Assembly (NCBI GenBank): GCA_025558095.1
Contig: JAIVFI010000018.1
Span: 62,001 to 126,000, forward strand
DNA: 64,000 nt
Source of the DNA: Hyaloraphidium curvatum SAG 235-1
Lineage: Eukaryota; Fungi; Monoblepharomycota
Direction: 5' to 3'
Part shown: in pieces, positions 46,228-56,831 of the stretch
How the letters are laid out: each line of letters begins with the position of its first letter
Numbering within the stretch: the stretch's first letter is position 1
Position numbers and translations under genes: made by a program
The notes under the pieces: model-generated
Databases searched by the model: none
What the model was told of the DNA's origin: nothing
The model's input: only the letters and a program-made list of their open reading frames with translations

Positions 46228-47336
46228 CTAGAGCTTCTCGCTGGCTGCAGCATACACCGACTTCTTCTTGCGCAGGTTGACGAACCCTTGGCTCGACAGC
46301 AGCGCTCCGTCGACGTTTATCAACGCCCCCGACTGCTTCCGCGTCAGCACGGCCTGGAGGTTCAGGAACAGCCGCAGCTACCCACCACGAACGATCCCGC
46401 CCTCGACGAGAGGAACAAAACAGCGCCAGCCATGTCTTCTGGGGTACCGATCCTGAGGAAGGGTTGGGTCTTGCCCCAATCGGGTGCCGAGTTGAGGAAG
46501 TCCGCCATCATCTCCGACAGGAACGGTCCGGGTCCTATGGCATTACAAGTGACGTTGGACGAGTAGAGCCGTCCCGCGAGGTTCTTGCTAAGCTGAATCA
46601 AGCCCGCCTTTGCGGAGACGTAGGCATAGTTTTCGTACTCGACGGGGGTGCGCTGGCCGTCCACGCTGGCGATCATGATGACGCGGCCAGGGTCGTCCGG
46701 AGTGCCCGCGGCGGCGAGGAGCGGGAGCATCTTCTGGGTAACGGTGAAACATCGAGTCAGGTTGAGGTGCACGACGTCCTGGAAAGCCTTGTCCGGGAAG
46801 GTCTCGATGGTGTCGCGGTCCCAGTCGATTCTGCAGTCAACCAGATCAGTCCAGATTCACGAAGAGCGAAAGGTTACCCACCCGGCGTTGTTGCACAAGA
46901 TGTGGACCTTGTCTGTCAGCTTCCTGGTTTCGGCCACGAGCTTCTCCACGCCGTCCAGCGGCGCCAGGTCCGCCGCCACAGCATACGCCTTCCCCGGTCC
47001 GGCCTTGTTCAGGATCTCCGCCGCCTCGGCCAGCTTCTTTTCGTCCCGCGCCGTGATTATGACATTCGCCCCGTTCTGCACCAGTCCCGCCGCGATCATG
47101 AGCCCGATTCCCACTCGACCACCCGTTACGACGGCCCATTTGCCGTGGACGCCAAAGAGCTTGGAGACCTCGAAGCTTTTCGCCGCGAGGGCATCGACGA
47201 TGGGCTGCGGAGACAGGTGGGAGGCAATCACAAAAGATAGCGCGTCAGGCCTTCTGCGACGCGGCAGACGCGGAGGCTTCGGCGTGGCCACCTTGTTGAT
47301 GACCTCGGAAGGCACCGTCGTCGTCGTCGCACTCAT
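46228..47336 (-). CDS. Short-chain dehydrogenase/reductase (RhlG-like), ends EKL
   Basis: VVTGGRVGIG, NNAG, RVIMIAS, YVSAK, CNAIGPGPF, RIGTPEDMAG; spliced last exon SGALINVDG...ASEKL*. Confidence 0.9.
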
Positions 47337-47883
47337 GGCGTCGCGGCGAGAGTGTGGAGATTCACCGACGGAACGGATGTCCCAGAAGCGGGGCAGATCT
47401 GATGGATCGAAACCGTCTCCCGTGGATGTCCATCCTCCCTGAAACAAGGCCTGCAACATCAATTCACTTCTTGTTTCGTCAGCTCCTCCATTCTCTTTTG
47501 CTTTAGCTCGTAGTTGATGTCATGAAGCCTGTATTGGAAACCGGGCCGTTTTCCCTGTAGCTGCTTCCTTAGCCAGATCGGACTTGCGTATGCTTGGCTG
47601 ACTATCTCAAGAAGATGGCGGAGTGTCGGATGCCACTTCTTTCGTCGCACAGGGCTTGTCGATCGGGTCGTCGGGCCGGGTTTATGCGCCGGGACGCGGC
47701 TGGCCGCCTGCCTTTGACTCCGCACAACTTCCGAAGTTCCGCGGCGCCCACAAAAGACCAGTGCCGCCTCAGCTCGCCCTCTCCGGCGACTAGCCGCCCC
47801 TCCGCATCTCCCACTGTCCCTGAACCCGGCCTGCGCGGCCTCCCGAATCCCCCGTCGCCCTATCCCGCCCCCTTGGAACCGCC

Positions 47884-49022
47884 ATGGCCCCCGTCGCCAA
47901 CTCCACCCTCCTCACCGTCCTCATCGTCGACGCCGGCATCCAGCTGGTATTCTACATCCACGCCGCCCTGGCCAAGACCGAGAAGTTTTACGACCTCAGC
48001 GGCGCCCTGACGTACCTTTCGTGCATGCTCGTCTCGCTCCTCGTCCGGCCCGAGGGGCAGACGCTCGACGGCATCGCGGGGCGGCAGATCATGGCGTCGG
48101 TGCTCATGGCCGTGTGGTGCATACGGCTGGGCGGGTTCCTGTTCATGCGGATCCTGAGGACGAAGGACGACAAGCGGTTCGACGAGCTCAAGAAGGTGCC
48201 CTCCCTCGCCGCGCCCACCGCCTCCACATCCTGATCCTCCCCTTCACGACAACAGGACCCGATCCAGTTCGCGATCCCGTGGTCGCTCCAGATCGTCTGG
48301 GTCTTCCTGACCGCACTCAACGTCTGGATCGTCAACGGCAACAACCCCGCCCAGATGCGCGGCTGGTGGGCCCTGGATTTCGTCGGGCTCGCCGTGTGGT
48401 GTGTCGGTTGGGGGTGGGAAGTGATCGCGGACCACCAGAAGAACGCTTTCAAGGTCGGCCGTCGGTCGGAACGCGATTGAGTGAGGCCGAAACTGACGGC
48501 CGGTCTCCTGGCAGACGCTCCACCCCAAGGACTTCATATCCACCGGCCTGTTCCGCTTCTCTCGCTACCCGTCCTACTTTGGCGAGCTCGTGCTCTGGAT
48601 CGGCATGTGGCTCATCTGCATTGGCGGCTACACGGACGGCTGGAACTGGGTCGGCACCGTGTCGCCCGTCTTTGTCTTCATCCTCCTGTGGGCCCCACGT
48701 CGTTCGTCAACGTTGATGATCCTTGCTGACATTCTCCTCAGCTACTTCATCAGCGGTGTCAGGATGCTGGAAAACAGCTCCGAGAAACGCTACGGGAAGC
48801 GGGAGGACTACCAGAGGTTGGTGCCCCATGCCCTCCCCGACCGCCCTCTCTGATCATCTCTTCACGTCCAGGTACAAGGCCTCCACCTCCAAGTTCATCC
48901 CCTGGTTCCCCAAGAAGCTCCCTGACGACTGGAAGCCGACGCTGCTCTCGGATCCGGAGCAGGCAGGGCAGGCGGCCGCGGCCGCGAGCTCCGAGGCCAC
49001 GCCCGTGACTGCGGCATCATAG
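47884..49022 (+). CDS. DUF1295 / steroid 5-alpha-reductase-like membrane protein
   Basis: TEKFYDLSGALTY, WCIRLGGFLFMRI, DKRFDE, EVIADHQK, TGLFRFSRYPSYFGE, YKASTSKFIPW; several introns. Confidence 0.9.
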
Positions 49023-49362
49023 AACATTGCGAGGAGGGGCGCATGATGGCACGGTGGTGGCGATATGGTATATGCTCGTATGTCTCTGTCTGAAGAAATG
49101 GACAACTGTCAGATCGACATAGGTGGTCTACCATGCAGACGGCAGGATGGCTTGATTCGTGTCGCAACATGCTCGGGGCCGCCTTGGTTTGGCACCCGAT
49201 CGCAGCGGCCGGCGTTATTGCGGCGGTGCTGAGTGAGGCGCTTTCCGCACGGCGGCGCCCACCCGAAACGGGGACTCGCTCCGCCGACTCACGCCGGAAC
49301 AAAGCACGCTGGCGGCGCCCGACAAATCCGTGCGCCGCCGCAACTCACCGCCGAACGACGCC

Positions 49363-50728
49363 ATGGACGACGCGGGGGAGAAGCCGCTGCTCAAGGCCGC
49401 GGCCACCGGCACGCAGAAGGGCGTGGAGGAGGACTCGATGGCCGCCGCGCCGCCGCCGCGCGCGCGCCGCGGCTGGCTCATCGCCGCCGCGCTGGGCGCG
49501 CTGCTGCTGGTCGGCCTGATCGTCGGGCTCGGCGTGGGGCTGGGAACCAAGTCAGCGGACGCATCTTCGTCGACCGCCCAGGGCGCGACGCTGGCCGCCG
49601 ACTCAGGCTCGCCGAAATTGGGCCCTGCCGGTGGAAACGTCAGCATTCTTTACGTGGGCTCGGAGCTCAAGGACTGCACCGGAATGATGCCGATGAAGTG
49701 GTACGTGGCAGCCCCGCCGGCTCCCCTTGAACGTTAACCCTGACCCGACTCCGGTCGTCCCTCGTTGCCTTTTGCGTGAACACAGCATGCAGGTCCGCGA
49801 CGACCCGTCGAAGCCCTGGCTCAACTTCTTCGGCGACATCCGCAACTTCACCTACGAGCCCGGCTTCGTCTACACGCTCCGCGTCGAGAAGACGCGGGTG
49901 CCCAACCCGCCGGCGGACGGCTCCTCCATCATCGTCACCTGCCTCGAGGTCATCTCGAAAGTCGGCCTGCCCGACGAGAAGCCCGAGATCCCGCCGCTCG
50001 AGGGCACCGAGTGGCAGCTCGTCGCCTTCCCCGCGCACGGCGGCGCCGTCGCTTCCGACCGTCGCGGCCCGCCCACGCTGCAGATCCAAGGCGGGCGGGC
50101 AGCGGGCATGGCCAGCGTCAACAGGTTCAGCGGCGAGGTCAACCACGACGACCGGTCCATCTCCTTCGGCCGCCTCGCGATGACGCGCATGATGGGCCCC
50201 GAGGCGCTCATGCGGCAGGAGCAGCTCTACGCCTCGCTGCTCGCCAACTCGACCGCGTACAGCATCCACATGCTCACGGGCAGCCCCAAGCTCGACCTCC
50301 TCAACTCTAGCGGCACCGTTGTCCTCACCTTCGCCCCCAAGGAGGCCGGTGCGGGCGCCGGATCCGGCTCCGGTGCCGCCTCGACGCTGCTCGGCACCTC
50401 GTGGACGCTGAAACTGCTCGGCGGCAACCCGCCCCGGGCGGAGCGCATCCCGACGCTGCAGTTCTCGGACTCGGAGCCCGTGCGCGCCTCCGGCCTAGCG
50501 ACCGTCAACCGCTACTCGGCCTCGGCGACTATCGACGGGTCCAAGCTGTCGTTTGGGAAAGACATGGTGATGACCATGATGGCTGCGGATCCCCGGAGCA
50601 TGGAGCAGGAGTCGCAGTTCACGGGGGCGCTGGGCCGAGTGGCGACCTGGGAGGTGGCTGAGGTGGTCGGGAAGAAGCAGCTTACGCTCAAGGACGAGCA
50701 GGGCGAGGCGATCCTCGTCTTCCAATGA
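49363..50728 (+). CDS. Membrane-anchored DUF4377 + 2x META (HslJ-like) domain protein
   Basis: TM LIAAALGALLLVGLIVGLGVGLG. DUF4377: DCTGMMPMK|CMQVR...FTYEPGFVYTLRV...NPPADGSS. META units: LEGTEWQL..PTLQI..SVNRFSG..TRMMG and LLGTSWTL..PTLQF..TVNRYS..TMMAA. Intron 49701-49785. Confidence 0.85.
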
Positions 50729-51032
50729 GGTGACCGCCGACGACCGGGAAAAATCTTGAACGAGGACGTTGGGTGGGCGGTTGCGCCGCCGTGCCGCCGT
50801 ATGCGGATATCGTGCCATGTATCATCTGAACTGTGATTCCATATGGTTTGCTTCACAATACCTGCCCGGCATTGCGGGAAATCTGGGGAGTTCCGCATTG
50901 GGAACTCAGCGCTGACTCCCCGCTGCGCCACACCGCCAGCCTCGCGCCCACTGAACGACCGACCGACTCTTCCAAGGATCTCGTTCTCTCGAGCGCAATA
51001 ACCCTGCAAATGCTTTTTCTGTCTTGTGCCTC

Positions 51033-53696
51033 ATGATCCTGGAGCATCTGGACGCAGACGCTTTCTCGGCCGCGGCAGGTACCGCGGCGGACTGTTGGGG
51101 GATCCCCGCCCTTGCCGCCGGCGCCCCTGGCACGCCGCAGGGCCCGGGAACCCCGATGACGGGCCGGAAACCCGATACGGACACGATCGCCATGGCGTGC
51201 CGCCCGGAACGGGAGCGGCATAGGCGCCGGAGGACGCTGTGGGCCCCGACTGCCGCGCTGGTGGTCCTGTGTGCGGTGCTGGCGCTGCTGGCGTGCGCCT
51301 GCTCATCGGCTGCGGAGAGCACCGATGCGGCCCTTGCCTATGATTCCCCTGGTGCGGAGCCCCGCAGGATTGCCGTCCCGCCGCGGGAGCACCGGCACGC
51401 GCTGCACCGCCGTCAAATCAGCGTCAACCGGCCGACGCGGGTCAAAACCCTGGCCCGGCGGACGACCAAGCGCGGCGCGCGGCCCAGCCCGACGCCGAGC
51501 AACGCTCCGGGGCCGCGGTGGCCGCAGTACCGGCCGGGGGCCTTCAACAGCAAGCCTGTTGAAGTTGTCTTTGCTTCGAACTGGGGCGCCAACAGGCCCG
51601 GGGCGGACGTGACGAGCAACCTCCAGCGGGCCATAAATGAGTGCTTCAGGCGCACGGTGAACGAAAGCAAAGGCCGCTGCGAGCTGCGGTTGGGCGCGAG
51701 GATCAACTGTGGGTTTCTCCTCCGTGCGGCAAGGTCTTCCGTCCGCTGACCCGTCCGTTTCCTGCAGACCGCGTGACGCAGCTCACCATCCCCCATAACA
51801 TGATGGACTTCACCCTGGTCGGGTTCAACAGCACCCTGACCTTCGAGCGCAACAGCATGGATCCCCCGGACGTCCCCCCCGACTCGACCAAGGACATCAT
51901 AAACCCCCCGCTCATCGGCATCACCCGGTGCCGACGGTGCGAATTCAAGGATCTCGTAATTGACTGGAACTGGAGCCGCTGGCGGATCGCTTCGATGGCC
52001 CGGTTCCTCCGGCGCGACGTGGACTCGACCAACTTCGTACAGACGTGGCGGTTCAACCTGACGGCGCCGATCCCGCGCACCGGGCTCAGAACCGAGACCT
52101 TCTACGCCTTCCAGTCCATACACCCCGTGGACGAACGGACGTTCAGCATCGGAGTGCAAGGGCAGCCGGAGTACTACTTTGTCGGCGCCAACGGGACCTT
52201 TTTCAACGGCACGAGGCTCGGCAAGCGCCAGGCGAAGATCCCGCAGCCGACGGACCTTCCGCCGGGGGCATTCGACAACCCGCTCGCCGTAGTGCTGCCC
52301 GTCGTCTCGATCGGGCTGGAGAGCGGCGGGCTGTCGCCCAACGGCATCGCGACCTCGTCGAGGCTCAACATCGTCTTCCGCTACAACTCGACGACGAACA
52401 ACTTCGGAACCAACGTTCCCGCGAGGAACTCCCTCTGGATGATCAAGCACCTCACGTACGAGGTCCACGGGTTCAGGCTCCAGGATTGCGTCAATTGGTT
52501 GGTTGACTCGCGTTGCGCATGAGCGCACGCCTGATATTCTTCCTCTTCATTAGCTTCTTCACGAATGTGCACATCCGCTCGACGCCGGGCAAAGCAGTGT
52601 GGATCGACCGCGACTCTTCGAACCTCCAGTTCGACAACGTGCGCATCGACGAGTTCAACACGATCAACGCGGCCTCGCAGAGGCCCATGTCGAACGCGGC
52701 GGACGGCATCTGGGGAAGCATGACGAAGGGCAACATCCTGATCCAGAACTCGCAGTTCGGCTTCCTCGGTGACGACGCGATCAATATCCACACCCCCACC
52801 ATGCTCAGGGGGCTCACGTTCGAGGTCAAGAACGCCACGACCGGGGAGCTGAACTTGAAGCGCTTCTCGTTCCCGTCGCCCGCTTGGCGGGTATATTACG
52901 AGGAGAACGACGAGATCGGGTTCCTCTCGACCGTGGACCTCGTGTCCTCGTCGACGACCCGGACCGTCGTGTCGGCCGCGTACAACTCGACTCTCAACGG
53001 TGGGACCTGGACACTGGAGCTGGACGACGACGTTCCCACCAGCGAGGACGGCTTGAGCGACCCGAAGAACATCGGCATCGTCAACAGGCGGCACCTCGTG
53101 CAGAACGTGATCGTCCGCAACGTCGTGACGCGGAACCATCGTGCGAGGGGCATCCTGCTGCAGAGCCAGAACGCCGTCATCGAGAAATGCCAGCTGACCA
53201 ACGTGCAAGTGGCCGGCATCCTCATCCGGTCCTCGGGCTTCACCCAGGAAGGCGTCGGCGTACGGGACGTGCTCATCACCAACAATCACCTCAACAACGT
53301 CGACATCAACGGCGCAGAGGCTGCCATCGTCGTCGACGCTGTCAACGCGGCGCAGGAGCAGATTGCTTTGGACGGCGATAAGCTAATCAACAACAACGTA
53401 ACCCTCACCAACAACCTTTTCGAAAACACTGAGAGGTACGGCAGGAGCTCCGACCTGCTGGTGAACGCAGTGCTTACTTTTGATGCAGGTACTCCATCCT
53501 CGCATCCTCCGTCGGCCAGCTCGTGGTCCGCAGCAATCGGATCAGCATTGATCCGGCTTCGCCTTGGGCTTCCAAGGAGGCGGGGCAGATCAGGCATCTG
53601 GATTGCCCGGAAGCTGTCTTCGAGCGCAATTCGTTCTGCCCAGCATCCTGTCGATTGGCTACGAACTGGATTTCCATCGACGGAACTGCAAGCTGA
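51033..53696 (+). CDS. Right-handed beta-helix (pectin lyase fold) protein, GH110 alpha-galactosidase-like
   Basis: Signal/TM ALVVLCAVLALLACACS; ADGIW..GNILIQNSQFGFLGDDAINIH, RNHRARGILL..AVIEKC, RDVLITNN. Introns near 51709-51767, 52497-52553 and 53436-53489. Start could also be ATG 51192. Confidence 0.75.
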
Positions 53697-53880
53697 ATGG
53701 CTGGGCTGTTCTGAAACTGGCGCATGGTGATAACTGACTATTTCGACTCGGACATATGGTGTACGTCTTCGCAGTAGAGCATTCAAGGACCACGAATCGT
53801 GCCCAGTTCCGGATAAGTCTATCGCCTCATTCTATACGTAGCAGACCAGCATTTGATCAGCGGTGCAGATAAGTTTGGGT

Positions 53881-55377
53881 TCATACCAACAGAAGGCCAG
53901 CCATTACGGCAGCCGCGAGAGAGCAGGTAACGAGCGATGAGCTCGACGACGCTGCTCCGCTGGGCTTCACCGTGTTCGTCCCAATACCCCCTTCCGCAGA
54001 CGACACGGGGACCAGTGCGGGCGCGGATGGATCCTCGACGAGCCGAATGACCTGCCCCACGGAGTCGATCGAGACCCAGATTCCCCCCTGGCGATCGATC
54101 ACGACCCCGACGGGCCTGATGCAGTTAATGCGTTCGGCGGTGGTCCTGCACTTCGTGAGGTCGGAGTCACCAAAGAGAACCTCGTACTTGGTCGTGCTCG
54201 TGACCGTCAGCGGCGAAGATGCGAGGCCACGAACGAGGTACAGTGCGTAGCCTTGCGGAACCGGCCGGTTCCACGAGCCATGAGTGGCCACGAGCATGTC
54301 GCCTCTGGAGAGCTTGCTCGTCGAGTTCTCGACGATCGCGAGGTCCAAAGGAGCAGTGTGCGGGGGCAATAGAAAGACAGGAGGCACATTGCGCGCGGGA
54401 TTGCGGCAGATAGCGTCGTTGGCAGCGGATGCGGTGTAGTTTTCGCCCGTCACCGACCACTGGTTGCCGCGGAATGAAGTGTGAGGGGACGGCAGCAAGA
54501 ATTCGGAAAAGCACATGGGAAAACCAAAGTCTGGGACCTTCGAGTTGCTGCTGCTACTCGGGATCGGGATGACGTTGACCTCTTCGCCAGGGTTGTCGAC
54601 GTAGATACTGCCTCCGAGATCCGCCCGCTCGAGGTCGTCCGAGCCATTGTCGATGCTCCAGATCCCGCCAGGGCCGAAGCGAAAGGCGACGATGTTTCGC
54701 AGGCCAGTCGCAACGAGCTCGGCACCGGCCGGGAAGACCAAAGCGTTTGCCGAGTCCTCGATTGCGGCCAGCGTTGAAAGAGGGTAGCGCCATAGCGTGG
54801 CCCGGTTCTCGCCCGCCAGGAGGTTGCCGTAGCTGCCGACCGAGATATAGAGGAAAGTCGCCAGACCAGGATCGACCTCGAGCGTCCTGGTGTAGTGTCC
54901 TTGCGGGGGGATGTCGCGTATGACGATGACCGGGGAATCAGTGTTCTGCGGTGTGCTCGCGTTGCCGCAGCCTTCCCAACGCCAGCGATAGACGAACTGG
55001 GGCGACGAGAGGTAAATCTGTCGACGAGAAGAGTCCACCGCGACGCCGTGGTTGGGCCGCGTGTCCAGTGTGTCCGCAATCGTCTCCGTGAAGTCGAGCG
55101 CCGTGAAGGGTCGAGTGGCGTTGGCTCGCAGGCAGGCGAGCCGGCGGGACCCAGGGATCACGGCGAGAACGGCGTCCGATAAGGGATCGAGCGTGATGCC
55201 CCGAACGCCGGCAAGCGTGGTGAACACGCGGTCGACAAGGAGTCCGGCAGCGAGGTCGTATTGGGAAGCATTTATTGGGGTTCCCTGGTACGCGAGTCCC
55301 GGGGCGGCCAGGAGCATTGTTGCCGCAAGCGCTGCCACAGCGATGGCGCGGAATGGCGGGGTCATCGTGGGCGCCAT
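53881..55377 (-). CDS. PQQ-dependent glucose/sorbosone dehydrogenase family (AA12-like), secreted, probable GPI anchor
   Basis: Signal peptide; NHGVAV, GHYTRTL, LYISVGS, ATGLRN, DNGSD..DNPGEEVN, FGFPMC, HTAPLDL, HGSWNR, RPVGV; C-terminal small-residue site followed by a hydrophobic tail. Confidence 0.9.
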   Translation of the reverse strand: MAPTMTPPFRAIAVAALAATMLLAAPGLAYQGTPINASQYDLAAGLLVDRVFTTLAGVRGITLDPLSDAVLAVIPGSRRLACLRANATRPFTALDFTETIADTLDTRPNHGVAVDSSRRQIYLSSPQFVYRWRWEGCGNASTPQNTDSPVIVIRDIPPQGHYTRTLEVDPGLATFLYISVGSYGNLLAGENRATLWRYPLSTLAAIEDSANALVFPAGAELVATGLRNIVAFRFGPGGIWSIDNGSDDLERADLGGSIYVDNPGEEVNVIPIPSSSSNSKVPDFGFPMCFSEFLLPSPHTSFRGNQWSVTGENYTASAANDAICRNPARNVPPVFLLPPHTAPLDLAIVENSTSKLSRGDMLVATHGSWNRPVPQGYALYLVRGLASSPLTVTSTTKYEVLFGDSDLTKCRTTAERINCIRPVGVVIDRQGGIWVSIDSVGQVIRLVEDPSAPALVPVSSAEGGIGTNTVKPSGAASSSSSLVTCSLAAAVMAGLLLV

Positions 55378-55617
55378 TTACGGGGTCGTGAGCGGAGGGA
55401 TGCGGGGCCGCAGCAGAAACGCGTCGGATCAACAACCCAAATCCAGCCCTACCAACGCCCGAATCGGGCGACCTCAGTTCCAGCCAGCCATAAACTAGTG
55501 ATGCCGAAATGCAGTGGACGACGTCAGCGAAAAGAATCATAGTCTTCCTCAAGAAGAAGCTCGATCAAGCAATGGTTGGCAAAACTCTGAAAATGATCAG
55601 CTCTCGCTGATCCCACG

Positions 55618-56771
55618 ATGACGCAAAAGCCAAAGCAGACAGTCGAGAGTTTGGAAAGAATGCATGCTGAACGACAATGGTTCTGCTCCGTCGGCTGGGA
55701 GACGCAACGACGGCAAACCGGGGTCCGGAGTCAAAAGCGAGGTCGCGTCGCCGTCTTCAAACCCTGGTCAGGTAGACACCAGGTCCTCCGAGCATTCCTG
55801 TTCCTGCTTTTCACGGATCTTTTGCTCTTGACCATTGCCGTGGAGGCCGCTCCGGGATGCTATGGCCCTCGATCCTCGGTGACTTTGACGCATTACTGGA
55901 TTCCGGTCGAGGGCACGGTCGACGACCGGGGTCTCCTCACCGGACCCCTGGACACGCCGCTCAACGAGTGCGTGACCAATAGGACAATCAAGATGGTGGC
56001 GAAGGAAACGTACCGCAAAGCTCACCTGGAGGGAACCTTGAAGCTCACGACCGCGCAAGTCGTGAATCTAGGACCTTCACGAGACCCGAAGAACAACCCG
56101 TGCTTTATCGAGCTCGGAGACGACGCCCCGTACGGGCTCGGTTCTAGCCCCGACCGACCGTTGGTTCCATGGATCTCGGTAGCTAGCAACGACGTGCCGC
56201 AAGGAACCATCCTCTATGTTGCCACGTTGGATGGCCACGTACTGCCGGGCACAAACGGCAAAAGGCACAACGGATGCGTCCGAGTTGACGATCTGAGTTG
56301 GAGTTTCGATGGTTGTTGGCTTGATTGGTTCGTTTTGAGGTCCGTTCGTCTGCGACAGGTTCCGTTTCTCGCGGCTTATAAACGCATGACAGCTTCGCCC
56401 ACTACCACGACTTTGCGTCCAAACTTCCGGCTCGAGTTTCCGCCTCCGTCAGAACGTCAGGGAGCTGCCCTTTGCTTGAATACGTTCCTTGGCCCCGATC
56501 AGCGCGGCCGGTCCAAACGACGGCGACGTCATGGCCGTTCTCAACTGGGAAGAGCGCATCACCGGTTCGAACCACAACGAGGCGCACGTCCACAAGCGCC
56601 AGGAGCGCACTGGCTGTAAGCTCAACGTCTCCATCTTCGAAGAAGGCGACCTCGCGCGGACAAAAGAGGACGAGCACCAGAAAGCTGGTCCATTCCTCCC
56701 GACTTCCAACCACCAGATCTCGGACTACAAGGCGACGGATCCGGTCGCGCGCAAGCAAACTCATTGCATAA
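55618..56771 (+). CDS. Secreted 3D-domain (MltA-like double-psi beta-barrel) protein with Ser/Thr/basic tail
   Basis: TLTHYW, LEGT, YGLG...LVPWISVASNDVPQGTILYVATLDG...HNGCVRVDD...GCWLDWFV. Intron near 56340-56392 joins to the frame of ORF 56472..56771. Confidence 0.72.
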
Positions 56772-56831
56772 ATCTTTGTGACTGTGTACGCTTGAACGAA
56801 GCTTTTATCCTTTTGCCGAAAGGTTCCAACG

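Noticed and set aside
47459-47725. 88-aa minus-strand ORF in a lower-GC patch between the SDR and DUF1295 genes
   Set aside because: No ATG start, no recognisable motif and no convincing splice partner; cannot be supported as a gene or TE fragment.
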